Notes under the pieces: model-generated
Told to the model about the DNA's origin: nothing
The model's input: only the letters and a program-made list of their open reading frames with translations
Database searches by the model: none
Shown here: positions 25,584 through 35,604 of the stretch, in pieces
Layout: each line of letters opens with the position of its first letter
Position numbering within the stretch: the first letter of the stretch is position 1
Source: an uncultured Syntrophales bacterium
GTDB taxonomy: Bacteria; Desulfobacterota; Syntrophia; Syntrophales; JAAYKM01
Length of the DNA stretch: 59,734 nt
Assembly (NCBI GenBank): GCA_964408155.1
Contig: CAYOYJ010000001.1
Location: forward strand, 1 to 59,734
Direction: 5' to 3'
Translations under genes and position numbers: made by a program

Positions 25584-26510
25584 ATGAAAACCACGTCGTC
25601 TGAAATCAATCTGTTCAATCATGAAGATTATGGTGAGGCCTATCTCGGCATGGCGTTCCACGTCCGGGATATGAATCAACTGGATCGGATGATCTTCGAG
25701 GATTGCGCCGTCGCCGATGGGGCGGTGGTCGCCCCGCATTTGAATGTCAAGTCCCACTGTCCCGTTCACCTCCGGCCGGAGATTCTCCGGAAGCGAATCG
25801 GTTGCACATTCCCCCAGGCGGTCGTTCTGGCCGATGCCTGGTCGATCATCGAGGCCACGCCGAAGATGGTCGATGCCTTCATCGGCTGGGTCAAGGCCAA
25901 GGGAATCGAAGCGGGCGTGGCCTATTTCGAACACATCGCCATGAATCTGGCGGAGGTGGAGGTCTCCTGGGATCACGATGTCGGTGAACCGCTTCAAGAT
26001 GATGCTGATGATGATGCCGATGATGCCCTGGATCTTTCCGGGTATCCCGATGAGGCTTATCGGGAAGAGATCCCCGATCTCTATGCCTACCATGTCATTG
26101 GATATGATGAACTTGCGGAGGCGATGGATCTTACCTGGGAGGAAAGGCAGCCGCGCTCTTACAAGGGCTTACTGCGCAAGGTCCGCTGCATTGCCGATCT
26201 GGATGCGCTCCGTGATCTCGGGAAGAGGGTTTACGCCCTCGATCTGGCCCGTGATCAGGCCGGGGTGTTCTGGTATGAATATCGGAAAACGGAGCGGCGG
26301 ATCATGGCGGAAATCGGGAAATCTCTGAGTATCTCCGCCCGAAGGCTCCTGCATCAGGTCCGCAATGCCAACGGCAATCTGGCCGCCCTGGGTGCGCGGC
26401 TCTTCAAGATCCAACGCGGCGATATCAAGATGGCCGATCCGCCCCGGAAGCATGAATGGATCGTCATCTGGGAGGCCTATCATGATCAGCAGGCAGCTAT
26501 CCGGCCTTGA
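25584..26510 (+). CDS. hypothetical protein with acidic linker (308 aa)
   Basis: ATG 25584 is preceded by AGGAGG. Central DDADDDADDALD run. The ORF-track start at 25290 overlaps the upstream gene and is R/S/P-rich, so it is probably not real. Confidence 0.55.
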   Translation: MKTTSSEINLFNHEDYGEAYLGMAFHVRDMNQLDRMIFEDCAVADGAVVAPHLNVKSHCPVHLRPEILRKRIGCTFPQAVVLADAWSIIEATPKMVDAFIGWVKAKGIEAGVAYFEHIAMNLAEVEVSWDHDVGEPLQDDADDDADDALDLSGYPDEAYREEIPDLYAYHVIGYDELAEAMDLTWEERQPRSYKGLLRKVRCIADLDALRDLGKRVYALDLARDQAGVFWYEYRKTERRIMAEIGKSLSISARRLLHQVRNANGNLAALGARLFKIQRGDIKMADPPRKHEWIVIWEAYHDQQAAIRP

Positions 26511-27946
26511 AACCATCCTCTGGGAGATGTGCTTCCGGAGGATCTGCCCCGGGCTTCCTTCCGGTTTGCTGGCATGATCCGGGAGAAGGTCCGGGGTTTT
26601 TCATTTGCCGTGCGCCATAATGCCAAGTTGACAGCAAAGGTCGCGCCGGCCCCAAGGTCCGTCACACCCTTTGCAATTATCATCTCCCGCCCGCCCGACC
26701 CCATTTCCGGCTGGCGGGGATAGCCTGCGAAGACAATCTCGCCAGCGGCCCGCTTGTGCCCCTCGAACTACCCGGCGAAGAGATGCCGGGTTGTCTCGGG
26801 GCGCGTACGCTTGATTATTACCGCTGCACAAAGAACCAGGTCAACACCCGCAGTACTTTCTGCTTTTCCCGCTCTTCTCGTCGCTATGAGCACGCTGAGC
26901 ATAGAACCCCGCCCACCCGGCCCCGTTTCCGGCTGTCATGCCGCCTGCACCGCTTCGCACAAGACATGACCGGCTGCGCAGCCATGTCCTGTGACTCGCA
27001 GCAGGCGTCCCGCCAGCCTTTCCCCCGCCCGACCCGGCGGCTGCGTCCGCCTGCGGGGCAGCGCTTCGCGCCGCCGCCGCAAGCGATCCTCGCCTGCTCC
27101 CGTCCGCCCCAGGGGGCTCCCTTCAGCCTCCGGGCCATCGGCGGACACGCGCTGCGCCGCGTGACCGCCTCGGCCCTCCGGCTTTGTACGTTGCAGGCGC
27201 CCCGTACCCGGCGCGACCTCGCTTCGCTTGGACGCGCCCGGAACGGGTCTGGTGAGAATCACGCCTTCCTGCCTCCGGGACGCGCCGGACGACCGCTGCG
27301 CGGCGACCGGCCCGTCCCTCCGGCAAGAGGTACTTCCCCTTTTCCCGGTCCCGGCAGACCTCACTGCGTTCGGACTGCCGGTCCTCGGGCGTTGCGGCCG
27401 GCTCCGCGACCGCAAACCCGCGTTCGCTCCGCCCGCCTGCTCATTGGTGCGCCCGACAGCCGCCTGACTCCTCCTTCGTCGGAGACAGGCGGCCCCGGGC
27501 GTCCTTTTTCCCTCGTCGGGGCGACACGTGCGTGACGCCCCGCCTCGGCGGTCGCCGTGACTCGCCCTCCGCGACGCTCCGGACGAGACACGTCTCCCTT
27601 TTCGCGCCCTCGCCCTCGAGACCGCTGACGCGGACTCCAGGGCGCCGGACGGCCTCTCCCTCCGGTCGCGACCGTCCGGTCGGGCGCTTCCCCCTATCCT
27701 CCATTCTGCGTGCCGGATGCTTCTTTCATCTTCGGGACGCGATCCCTCACAGAAAATTTCATCAGGGCTGTCTCTCAAGTGAAATACCATCAAGGAGGTG
27801 TCCCATGAATCCAGTCAATATCCACCAGACCCTGGCCAGTCTCCGCTTTCTCCACGACTTCGAGCGGGCCTTCCGGATTATCACCCGGCAGGGTGCGCAG
27901 AGAGATCAGATTGAAGCTGTAAAGCGGGTGAAAGGAGGTGAAAACG

Positions 27947-28342
27947 ATGAAGCTCACGCAGGTCAACAGTCAGAGGCTGAGGGAACTGAAACCAACCCTC
28001 CGTCTCCCCATGAACAGGATCGTCAACGACATCCTGGAAAAGTACTTTAACCATCAACTCAAGGAGGTAGCGGCCATGAAAGTCACGGAAGTCGAAGTCA
28101 TGGTTTCTAAAAAGAAAAGTGTCAATTTCAACTCCTGCTGCGTATCCTACACGGCCCGGGCGACGCTGGACGAAAACGATCCGGGTCATCTGGAGGCGCT
28201 ATCCGCCCTGAAGGATCAGCTCGTCGTCAGGGTCCAGGACGCCCTGAACGGAAAACGGAACGGCAACGGCCAAGGTCAGCTCGGTCCCGGAGATCAGACT
28301 GAGCAGGAAGGGGCCAACACACAGGTGGATGGCCATGAATAA
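27947..28342 (+). CDS. hypothetical protein (131 aa)
   Basis: ATG 27947 lies 6 nt after AAAGGAGGTG. A second internal SD-plus-ATG (AAGGAGGTAGCGGCC-ATG, ATG at 28076) exists. The ORF overlaps an alternative ORF at 27805-28050. Confidence 0.45.
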   Translation: MKLTQVNSQRLRELKPTLRLPMNRIVNDILEKYFNHQLKEVAAMKVTEVEVMVSKKKSVNFNSCCVSYTARATLDENDPGHLEALSALKDQLVVRVQDALNGKRNGNGQGQLGPGDQTEQEGANTQVDGHE

Positions 28343-28384
28343 ACTATCACCCTACATCGAAGCAATCGAAAGGAGGAACGAACC

Positions 28385-28777
28385 ATGATCAACACAGTCA
28401 CCATCGTCGGCAATCTGGGGCAGGATCCGGAAATCCGGTACACCGCGAGCGGCGTCCCCGTCGCCAGCTTCACCGTCGCGGTCAACGAAGTTTACAAGGG
28501 GAAGGACGGCCAGAAGGTCAAGAAGGTCCACTGGTTTCGGGTCTCGGCCTTCCAGCGCCTGGCGGAGGTCATCGGCGAATACTGCGCCAAGGGTTCCAAG
28601 GTCGGCGTCCGTGGTCAGTTGCAGCAGCGAACCTGGCAGGACAGCGAGGGTTTGAACCACAACCTCGTGGAGATCCGGGCGCGGGAGCTTGAACTCCTGA
28701 GCGGCAAAAACGGCAATCCCGCCACAACGGATGAGGACGTCCCCGCCGCTGCCGAGGACGATGAGATTCCCTTCTGA
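28385..28777 (+). CDS. ssb: single-stranded DNA-binding protein
   Basis: VTIVGNLGQDPEIRYTASGVPVASFTVAVNE (OB fold), WFRVSAF, and an acidic C-terminal tip AEDDEIPF. Confidence 0.9.
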   Translation: MINTVTIVGNLGQDPEIRYTASGVPVASFTVAVNEVYKGKDGQKVKKVHWFRVSAFQRLAEVIGEYCAKGSKVGVRGQLQQRTWQDSEGLNHNLVEIRARELELLSGKNGNPATTDEDVPAAAEDDEIPF

Positions 28778-28800
28778 TCCCGCAAGCAGCCCACCCATGA

Positions 28801-28838
28801 AAGGCATCCCGGTCAATTCCGGCGATGCCTTTTTTTAT
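28801..28838 (+). terminator. rho-independent terminator after ssb
   Basis: GGCATC-N15-GATGCC stem followed by TTTTTTT, about 25 bp downstream of the ssb stop. Confidence 0.6.
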
Positions 28839-29064
28839 TTCGGGTTATGCCATATTCATCCTTTGTAAAATCAAGCAAATAGTGGTATTTATCAACGCAA
28901 CCGCTGCCGCCTTGTATCGCTATGAAATCGTGGAGAAAGAATCCGGCATGATCGATAAATAATACGACTCCCCTTTGTCGTTTGGGCCTTGAGTAGGTGA
29001 TCCGCCGCCGTTAAGATCGGCCGGTACGATCACCGGAAAGGACAGACCAGGACTGATTAACGCC

Positions 29065-31902
29065 ATGCGCATCGACCTCTTGGAAGCCTTCGGGCTGGAC
29101 CCGAACGTCATCGCCATCCTGAAAGAGAAATACGGCGCAGAGCTCCTCCCCATCCAGGAGCGGGCTTTCAAGGAATATCAGATCCTCAACGGCGGCAACT
29201 TCCTCCTCTCCGCCGTCACCTCCTCCGGCAAGACCCTCGTCGGCGAGATCCTCGCCCTCCACTACGGCAGCAAGGGCAAGCGCGTCTTCTACCTCGTCCC
29301 CACCAAGGCCCTGGCGGAAGAAAAGTTCGAGCAGTTCCACGAGGACTACGAAAGGGCCGGCATCCAGACCGTCATCTCCACCCATGATCGCCGCGAATAC
29401 GACGAGCGCATCGAGGGCCGCCGGTTCCACATTGCCATCATCGTCTATGAGAAGCTCCATTCCCTTCTCGTCGGCAACCCCAAGCTCATCAATGACATCG
29501 GCCTCGTCCTGGTGGATGAGCTGCAATACCTGACCGATGAGGAGCGGGGACCCGTTCTGGAGGTCCTCCTCACGCGGATCCTTCTGAACCCGAAGCAGCC
29601 CCAGCTCGTGGGACTCTCCGCCGTCCTGGGCAAAAGCGAGGCCTTGGCCCAATGGCTCCGGGCCAAAATGATCCGGGAGGACAAGCGCCCCGTGGAGCTT
29701 CGCCAGGGCGTCTTTTTCGACGGCAGGTTCCGCTACCGAGAGTTCAACAGCGGGCTCGAAGGCGAAGAGGAGTGGTTCGCTCTCAAGTCCGAAAGGGAAG
29801 CAGGGCAGTACGTGGAGACGGCCAAGTTCCTTGTGGAAGAAAAGGGCGAACAGACCATTATCTTCCTTCCCGACAAGCCCACGACGGAAGCCCTGGCCCA
29901 CCACCTCTCCCATGCCTTGAATCTTCCGCCCGCCGCCGGCGCCATCGCCGAGATGAACGCTTTGGAAGAGAGCGTCTCCAAGGACATGCTCATTACCTTT
30001 CTGAGCAGCGGCGTCGCCGTCCACAACGCCGATCTCTCCTGGGAGGAGCGGGACATCGTCGAGCGCTACACCCGCAAGGGGGAGATCCGCGTCCTCTGCA
30101 CGACCACCACCCTCGCCGTCGGCCTCAATCTCCCCATGAAGAATGCCATCGTCGCGCCGCTGCGCTGGAAGTATTTCCGGGATACGCGAAGCCTCTCCAA
30201 GGAACGCATCCTCGTTTCCGACTACGAGAACATGGGCGGTCGGGTGGCCCGTTACGGCTTCGTCTCCGACTTCGGCCGGGCGCTCTTCGTCACCGCCTCC
30301 TACGTGGATCACAAGTTCTACACCGACCATTACGTCAAAGGCCCCATCGAGGAGATGACCCCCGCGCTGAACCGCAGGGAGATGGACCGGCACATCCTGA
30401 ACCTCGTCGCCTCGGAGATCTGCCGCGACGCCGGGGAGATCAAGACCTTCCTGAAGAGCACCTTCACGGGCCGGACCCTCTGGAACACCGAGATGACCGA
30501 TGCCGACTACGACAAGGTCATCGAGGAGACCATTGCCCTTTCCGTCAAATGGGGCCTCATCGAGAAGACCGCCAAGGACCGGCTCATCCCCACGCCCCTG
30601 GGAAAGAACACCGCCGCCAAGGGGATCGCCCTGGAGACCGCCGTCTTCTTCCTCGAATTCCTCAACAATGCCGATCCCCGCAATGTCTCCGACTTTGAAA
30701 TCCTTATGCTCCTGGCCATGTCTCATGACGCCATTCCCGTCTATATCCCCCTCAAGCGGAACGAGCGGGGACAGGGCGGCTATCTCTATGAACTGAAGCA
30801 GGCGATCCACGACAGCATGGAGGAGACCAAGCCCGTCTTTCAGTCCGTCTGGAAGATCTCGGGCATGCTCTCCCAGGAGAAGGAGCGGGCCGTAAAGAAG
30901 GCCCTGATGATGAACCGGTGGATCTCGCCGGCGGAGACGAAGGAGATCGAGAACAGCTACGAGGTTTTCAGCGGCGCCATCAAGCGCGTGGGGGAGGACT
31001 TCAGTTGGCTGGCCGAGACCCTGGCCTCCCTGGCCAGGGAAATCCGCTGGGACCCGCGGGCCATCGCCAGGATCGAGCGACTTTCTCAGCGGCTGATCTA
31101 TGGCGTCACGGAAAAGGGACTCGCCCTCTCGAAGATCCGCCTGCGGGGCCTGGGCCGGACCTACATCAACACCCTGCTCGCCGAAGGCTACGATACCCCC
31201 GAGGCCGCCGCCGAACTGCCACTGACGGAGCTGGAAAGGCTCCTTCCGAAGCACCTGGCCGAGCGGCTCTACCGCCATTTCCACAAGGACTATCAGAAAC
31301 AGGAAGAAGCGACGGATCAGAAAGCGACAACAGGGATCTGCGAGACATCCGAACAAACCAACACGGATAAAGATCAAACCAGGACGGACTCAGAAGCCGC
31401 GCCGCTGCCAATCGCGCCCCCGGCTGGTGACATCTCCTTTCCCCGTACCCTTGCCGACATCCTCCAGGATAAAATACTTCTTTCCGTCCTGCGCACCCGC
31501 CTTGCCGACGCCAAAGACCTGCGGGAATGGATTGCCAATCCGCCGGTCATCTTCATAGACGAAGGGCAGCAGCTCTTTTTCTATCGAGGCTGTCCGATCA
31601 AGCTTCAACCGGCCAGCTTCCAGTACCTGTTGATCCTGGCGGGAAAACCGAAGCAGATCATAGCCCGTGACGAGATCTACCGCCGCCTCTGGCCCGGTCC
31701 CATGAAGTACGACGGGTCCAACAAACCTTACGAGCGCCAGATCTCCGACCACAAGCGCCGCTGCATCGCCCAGATCAGGAAGGGCGTCGCAGGGAAAGTC
31801 GCCGTCGATCCGGGGGAACTGGAAACACTGATCTTCACCAGGCCAAAGGTGGGGTATATGCTGAATCTGACTCAAGGGAACGTGCTGATACTCTCCCAGT
31901 AG
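29065..31902 (+). CDS. Ski2/Hel308-like SF2 helicase fused to a C-terminal OmpR/PhoB-type winged-helix domain
   Basis: LLPIQERAF (Q motif), SAVTSSGKT (I), LVLVDELQ (II, DExQ/H), TTTLAVGLNLP (V/VI region). The C-terminal ~110 aa, IKLQPASFQYLLILAGKPKQIIARDEIYRRLW...ISDHKRRCIAQIRK...IFTRPKVGYMLNL, follow the trans_reg_C pattern. Confidence 0.8.
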   Translation: MRIDLLEAFGLDPNVIAILKEKYGAELLPIQERAFKEYQILNGGNFLLSAVTSSGKTLVGEILALHYGSKGKRVFYLVPTKALAEEKFEQFHEDYERAGIQTVISTHDRREYDERIEGRRFHIAIIVYEKLHSLLVGNPKLINDIGLVLVDELQYLTDEERGPVLEVLLTRILLNPKQPQLVGLSAVLGKSEALAQWLRAKMIREDKRPVELRQGVFFDGRFRYREFNSGLEGEEEWFALKSEREAGQYVETAKFLVEEKGEQTIIFLPDKPTTEALAHHLSHALNLPPAAGAIAEMNALEESVSKDMLITFLSSGVAVHNADLSWEERDIVERYTRKGEIRVLCTTTTLAVGLNLPMKNAIVAPLRWKYFRDTRSLSKERILVSDYENMGGRVARYGFVSDFGRALFVTASYVDHKFYTDHYVKGPIEEMTPALNRREMDRHILNLVASEICRDAGEIKTFLKSTFTGRTLWNTEMTDADYDKVIEETIALSVKWGLIEKTAKDRLIPTPLGKNTAAKGIALETAVFFLEFLNNADPRNVSDFEILMLLAMSHDAIPVYIPLKRNERGQGGYLYELKQAIHDSMEETKPVFQSVWKISGMLSQEKERAVKKALMMNRWISPAETKEIENSYEVFSGAIKRVGEDFSWLAETLASLAREIRWDPRAIARIERLSQRLIYGVTEKGLALSKIRLRGLGRTYINTLLAEGYDTPEAAAELPLTELERLLPKHLAERLYRHFHKDYQKQEEATDQKATTGICETSEQTNTDKDQTRTDSEAAPLPIAPPAGDISFPRTLADILQDKILLSVLRTRLADAKDLREWIANPPVIFIDEGQQLFFYRGCPIKLQPASFQYLLILAGKPKQIIARDEIYRRLWPGPMKYDGSNKPYERQISDHKRRCIAQIRKGVAGKVAVDPGELETLIFTRPKVGYMLNLTQGNVLILSQ

Positions 31903-31953
31903 CAATGAAACGTCTGAAATGAGACTCAAAAGTTGGTAGGCAAAGGAGTGATA

Positions 31954-33417
31954 ATGAACCTGTATTTTAGTGATGTCTTCCAAATCGACGAGTCAATTTT
32001 GGAAGACTATGGAGCATTCAATATCTCCTTGGTTACGGACCTACCGTTGTTCATAGACCCATTCCTTCTGTTCAACAGTGAAAATGCTGATTATCAGAGA
32101 CTTCATGCACATATCATTTCTTACCTGCGCTTTCTTAAAGGTAAGTCTGAACGCGGCAGTGTATCGGAAGCATTATTGAAATCATGGTATTGTTTTTCCG
32201 AAGTGAGGCAGAATTGGCTCGGCTTTTGTAAAAGTGGGAATTCCGGACGGGGCCTGGGTAGTGATTTCGCCCGTTCATTAAACAGGAATTTGGTCCTCGT
32301 CTTCAGTGACTTCGGAGAAGAACAGGTCACACAGGGCAGTCATCTTGAGAAACTATGTCTTATCAAAGGCGGCGTCGGGCGTGACATGATCAGTGATTTC
32401 ACAACGAATGTTATTAAACAGTACCTTCTGGAGTACACCGAGGCATTTGCTAAAGAGCATATCCAGACGGAGTTTTTACGTAATGTTGCAGTAGACAGAG
32501 CATTATTCAGTTATGATCTTGAACGCTGGATGCCAAAAACGTATTTTTTACCCTTTTATCAAGGAGACTATGTTCTTCTGACACCGAAGGATATATTGAC
32601 GAAAGATGAAACATGGATAAATCACTCCGACATGGTATCCAGATTTGAGGACATACCTGATGCCATCGAGAATTCTTCACTGAGAGCTCAGATAAACAAC
32701 TACTTTGAATCCATGATTCCTCGGGATAGAGATCCAAATAAAGAGGATTATGCACGCGCCATCGAAGCTACCTTGGAGAAATATCCGCAGATTATCGACT
32801 ATTACATAAGGCAAAAAGAAGATACTGGTGAAGAAGCTGTGGCGCTCAGCGCCACCAAGGTTCTTGAGTCACAAAAACTTTATATTAAGCAGTTTGCGGA
32901 ACTTATCGCTCTTCTCAACCAGCAAACGCCTTTCTATAGTATTTCCGGCAAAACAAAAGAAGAAACGAGACAGAAGATTGAGTTCTTTAAAGACGTCGTT
33001 GAAAACAAGGGTGGATATCGGATCTTTTATGTGGACGAAAAACCAGTACGGAAGGAAACAGACGTTCATATACTCTTTCGGCTGACTTGGCACGGTACTC
33101 CATCGGATGTCAGCAGAGAGGTTAACGACGGTCGAGGCCCCGCAGATTTCAAGGTGTCCAGAGGCTCCTCAGATAAGACCATGGTTGAGTTCAAGCTTGC
33201 CAGCAACACACAACTAAGAAGAAACTTAGAAAAGCAACTGGAAATATACCAGAAGGCGAGCGATGCCACCGCCGGTTTCAAAGTGATCATCTATTTTACC
33301 GAAGAGGAATTAGATCGCGTAAAACGTGTTTTACGGGAACTTGAAATGGAGAAAGATCCACACATATACCTTGTGGATGCACGGCAGGACAATAAGCCCT
33401 CAGCTTCGAAAGCTTAA
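31954..33417 (+). CDS. hypothetical protein with C-terminal PD-(D/E)xK nuclease-like motif (487 aa)
   Basis: ATG 31954 lies after AAAGGAG, 52 bp after the helicase stop. C-terminus: GPADFKV...TMVEFKLAS (D...ExK). The N-terminal ~380 aa are unrecognised. Lower GC than the helicase gene. Confidence 0.55.
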   Translation: MNLYFSDVFQIDESILEDYGAFNISLVTDLPLFIDPFLLFNSENADYQRLHAHIISYLRFLKGKSERGSVSEALLKSWYCFSEVRQNWLGFCKSGNSGRGLGSDFARSLNRNLVLVFSDFGEEQVTQGSHLEKLCLIKGGVGRDMISDFTTNVIKQYLLEYTEAFAKEHIQTEFLRNVAVDRALFSYDLERWMPKTYFLPFYQGDYVLLTPKDILTKDETWINHSDMVSRFEDIPDAIENSSLRAQINNYFESMIPRDRDPNKEDYARAIEATLEKYPQIIDYYIRQKEDTGEEAVALSATKVLESQKLYIKQFAELIALLNQQTPFYSISGKTKEETRQKIEFFKDVVENKGGYRIFYVDEKPVRKETDVHILFRLTWHGTPSDVSREVNDGRGPADFKVSRGSSDKTMVEFKLASNTQLRRNLEKQLEIYQKASDATAGFKVIIYFTEEELDRVKRVLRELEMEKDPHIYLVDARQDNKPSASKA

Positions 33418-33560
33418 GACGGCAAACCATAAGATCTGACCCGCAATCGTCATATGAGCGAAGCTGTGGGAAAGAGAGCGTGTCGATTCTCCTTTAATCG
33501 AATGAAATGAAAGTTTATTGGTTGTGTAGCAACGCCCAAATTTCATGCCGCTTCATTTTG

Positions 33561-34343
33561 TTACATCACGCCAAGTATCCATCCCTCAACTTTGGCAAGC
33601 GTACGTTCTGCGGGGGTCAGCGACGGTGACAAGGATGTTGATATGCTGCCATCGAGATCAACTTGTCGCATCCATCTGGCCACTGAATAAGCGTCATGCT
33701 GGTCCTGATTGCGGTCTTCGCGGACAAAACCCCGGCTCCATAAGGATGGGTAAACCTCCACGATTACCGAACGACCTGGTGGGAGTTCCCAGCCATCGAA
33801 AGGCCAGAAGTGGATTTTATCAGTCAACTTCTGGCGAAGGTATCTCAACCAAGGTATTCCGGAATGCGTCGATTTGGCTACTTCACCCGGCACGTCAAAG
33901 TGAAAGACCGATTTGGCAGAACCAGCCCTTTCCTCTGTCAAGCGACGCCAACGGGTATTGCCCGTTCGGTCGGCGCCATTCCCTCTAAGACCATCCCGAA
34001 TGAAATCAACATAGACATTATCACCATCTGTCGGCCAGTGGCGCTGGAAATCATCGAGAAAGGTGGGCCAGTCAGGAAGCAGATGGTGAACCTCGAAATA
34101 ACGTAGGGGGAAAGAAAAGCCGTGATCAATACCGACAATGGTGGAATGATCTTCTTGTAGATGATCGACCAACCACTCGGCAATACCCCTTCTTGTCCAA
34201 TATTTTCGGGGGCTCGGCGGCGGTTGTACCTCTGTCGGCAGAGTGTCCAAATCAGCCGTATAAGCCCGCAGCCCTTTAAGGCTCGATATCGGCGTTTGGG
34301 CTCCCGAATAATCGATGCCGATATAACGGTGAAAAAATGACAT
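33561..34343 (-). CDS. hypothetical protein, possible RNase H-like fold (260 aa)
   Basis: YIGIDYSGA near the N-terminus, then VGIDHGFSFP, VIVEVYPSLW and QDQHDAYSVARW recall DUF429/RuvC-like nuclease layouts. Start M23 (34343) lies 13 nt after the upstream stop. This is the last gene of the BREX-like operon. Confidence 0.4.
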   Translation of the reverse strand: MSFFHRYIGIDYSGAQTPISSLKGLRAYTADLDTLPTEVQPPPSPRKYWTRRGIAEWLVDHLQEDHSTIVGIDHGFSFPLRYFEVHHLLPDWPTFLDDFQRHWPTDGDNVYVDFIRDGLRGNGADRTGNTRWRRLTEERAGSAKSVFHFDVPGEVAKSTHSGIPWLRYLRQKLTDKIHFWPFDGWELPPGRSVIVEVYPSLWSRGFVREDRNQDQHDAYSVARWMRQVDLDGSISTSLSPSLTPAERTLAKVEGWILGVM

Positions 34344-34356
34344 GCCTACGTCCTGA

Positions 34357-35583
34357 TCATTTATCGAATAAGCTTGGTTGAGCTTCCCTGGCAGCCTCAT
34401 ACTCCTCATAGAGTTTGAGGATAGGCATTCTCTTCTTCACCGTCTTGATAAATTCTGGATTATTCAGCGTTTCGTAAGTGACACCTTTGAAGATTAGCGA
34501 TACTTCTATTTTCTTGAGGTTCCTTTCGGCAGAGCCGAAATGGTCTGTAAGTTCACAATCCAATACCTGTCGAATATCAGCTGCGGACGGTTTTGAAGGT
34601 AAGAATTTTTTCCACCGCTCCGGGGTCTGTGCGATAACAGCCGGAGCAAGCGCATTGACTAGCGCCAAGCGATTATTGTCGATGGCCTTCTGAAGTTTCG
34701 CTTCGAGTTCCTTTTGAAAATCCTCGATGTGTTTTTTAAGTTCCTTTACCGCAGCTTCAAACTCCTCCTTTTTGCTCCTAAGAATGACATTCCCAAAGTT
34801 GGGCAGATTGACTAGAAAATCATCGGCAATCCTTTCCTTGTGTGCAGTAATCTCCTCCCCTGATATCTTGGTATCTTCATCATCAATCAACTGAAATGAG
34901 CTGTGCAGCAGCTTTTTGGTTTTGTCATCCTTTGCCAAGCCAAGCAGGTCGCTCGGTATATTGACCTTCCTTTTGCCGATTTGATGACCTCTTAACTCGA
35001 ATTCTACGAACTCAATTTGTGAATTGAAAACGCGCACCTTTCTGGCAATATCGAACTTCATTGGAGGATTGCGAATCAGATCGTTGGAAGTCTCCATTAT
35101 CTTTGTAGGACTTATGGGATTGGTTCCTACGGTGGCCCCACCTCCGGCCTTTTCAAGACCCATATCTTTGGCGATGTCAGTGGGCACCAAATTTAGTTTA
35201 ACGGCATTCGGGCGAACCGGAGTATCTGAACCACCTTCGATAAGCAATGGCGTTGGCGCATAGAATAGCGTTACATCATCTGCGATCAGCAGTGCAATCC
35301 TTACTCCGGGCTGTTCATGTATTGCACTTCCGAGCTTTCTGGCTTTTTCATTTAATTTTTTGAGGGCATCGATCGTTCCAAAGCCCATCCGACATACTTC
35401 AGGATCAACATCGAGTATGATGTTGATAGCTTCTGGTGGTAATTCGTCCCATTTCCTACAGACAGCCTCGGCTACTGGATCAGACATCCCGGGCGTCATA
35501 TAAACAAGACGTCTCTTGACGCTCTGGATAATTTGGCAAAGATAAGCATCGTCAACGGTAGTGATTGCAGTTGGTTCAGACAT
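34357..35583 (-). CDS. hypothetical protein (408 aa)
   Basis: Intact ORF 21 nt downstream of the 129-aa gene. The N-terminal ~120 aa have a PLD-repeat-like layout without HxK. The C-terminal half is helical and Lys/Glu-rich. Confidence 0.5.
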   Translation of the reverse strand: MSEPTAITTVDDAYLCQIIQSVKRRLVYMTPGMSDPVAEAVCRKWDELPPEAINIILDVDPEVCRMGFGTIDALKKLNEKARKLGSAIHEQPGVRIALLIADDVTLFYAPTPLLIEGGSDTPVRPNAVKLNLVPTDIAKDMGLEKAGGGATVGTNPISPTKIMETSNDLIRNPPMKFDIARKVRVFNSQIEFVEFELRGHQIGKRKVNIPSDLLGLAKDDKTKKLLHSSFQLIDDEDTKISGEEITAHKERIADDFLVNLPNFGNVILRSKKEEFEAAVKELKKHIEDFQKELEAKLQKAIDNNRLALVNALAPAVIAQTPERWKKFLPSKPSAADIRQVLDCELTDHFGSAERNLKKIEVSLIFKGVTYETLNNPEFIKTVKKRMPILKLYEEYEAAREAQPSLFDK

Positions 35584-35604
35584 CGGAGCCCTCCAATTTT
35601 TTTA

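Noticed and set aside
26756-27793. 259-aa plus-strand and 285-aa minus-strand ORFs in the GC-rich spacer
   Set aside because: Both translate to Arg/Pro/Gly-rich strings without any domain signature or RBS. They are reported as an unexplained non-coding region instead.
29011-31377. 788-aa minus-strand ORF antisense to the helicase gene; similar cases at 5855-7069, 55690-56769, 51645-52364 and 2498-3172
   Set aside because: These are antisense shadow ORFs in high-GC genes. The plus-strand frames carry the recognisable helicase, rSAM and SMC motifs, and the shadow products are low-complexity.
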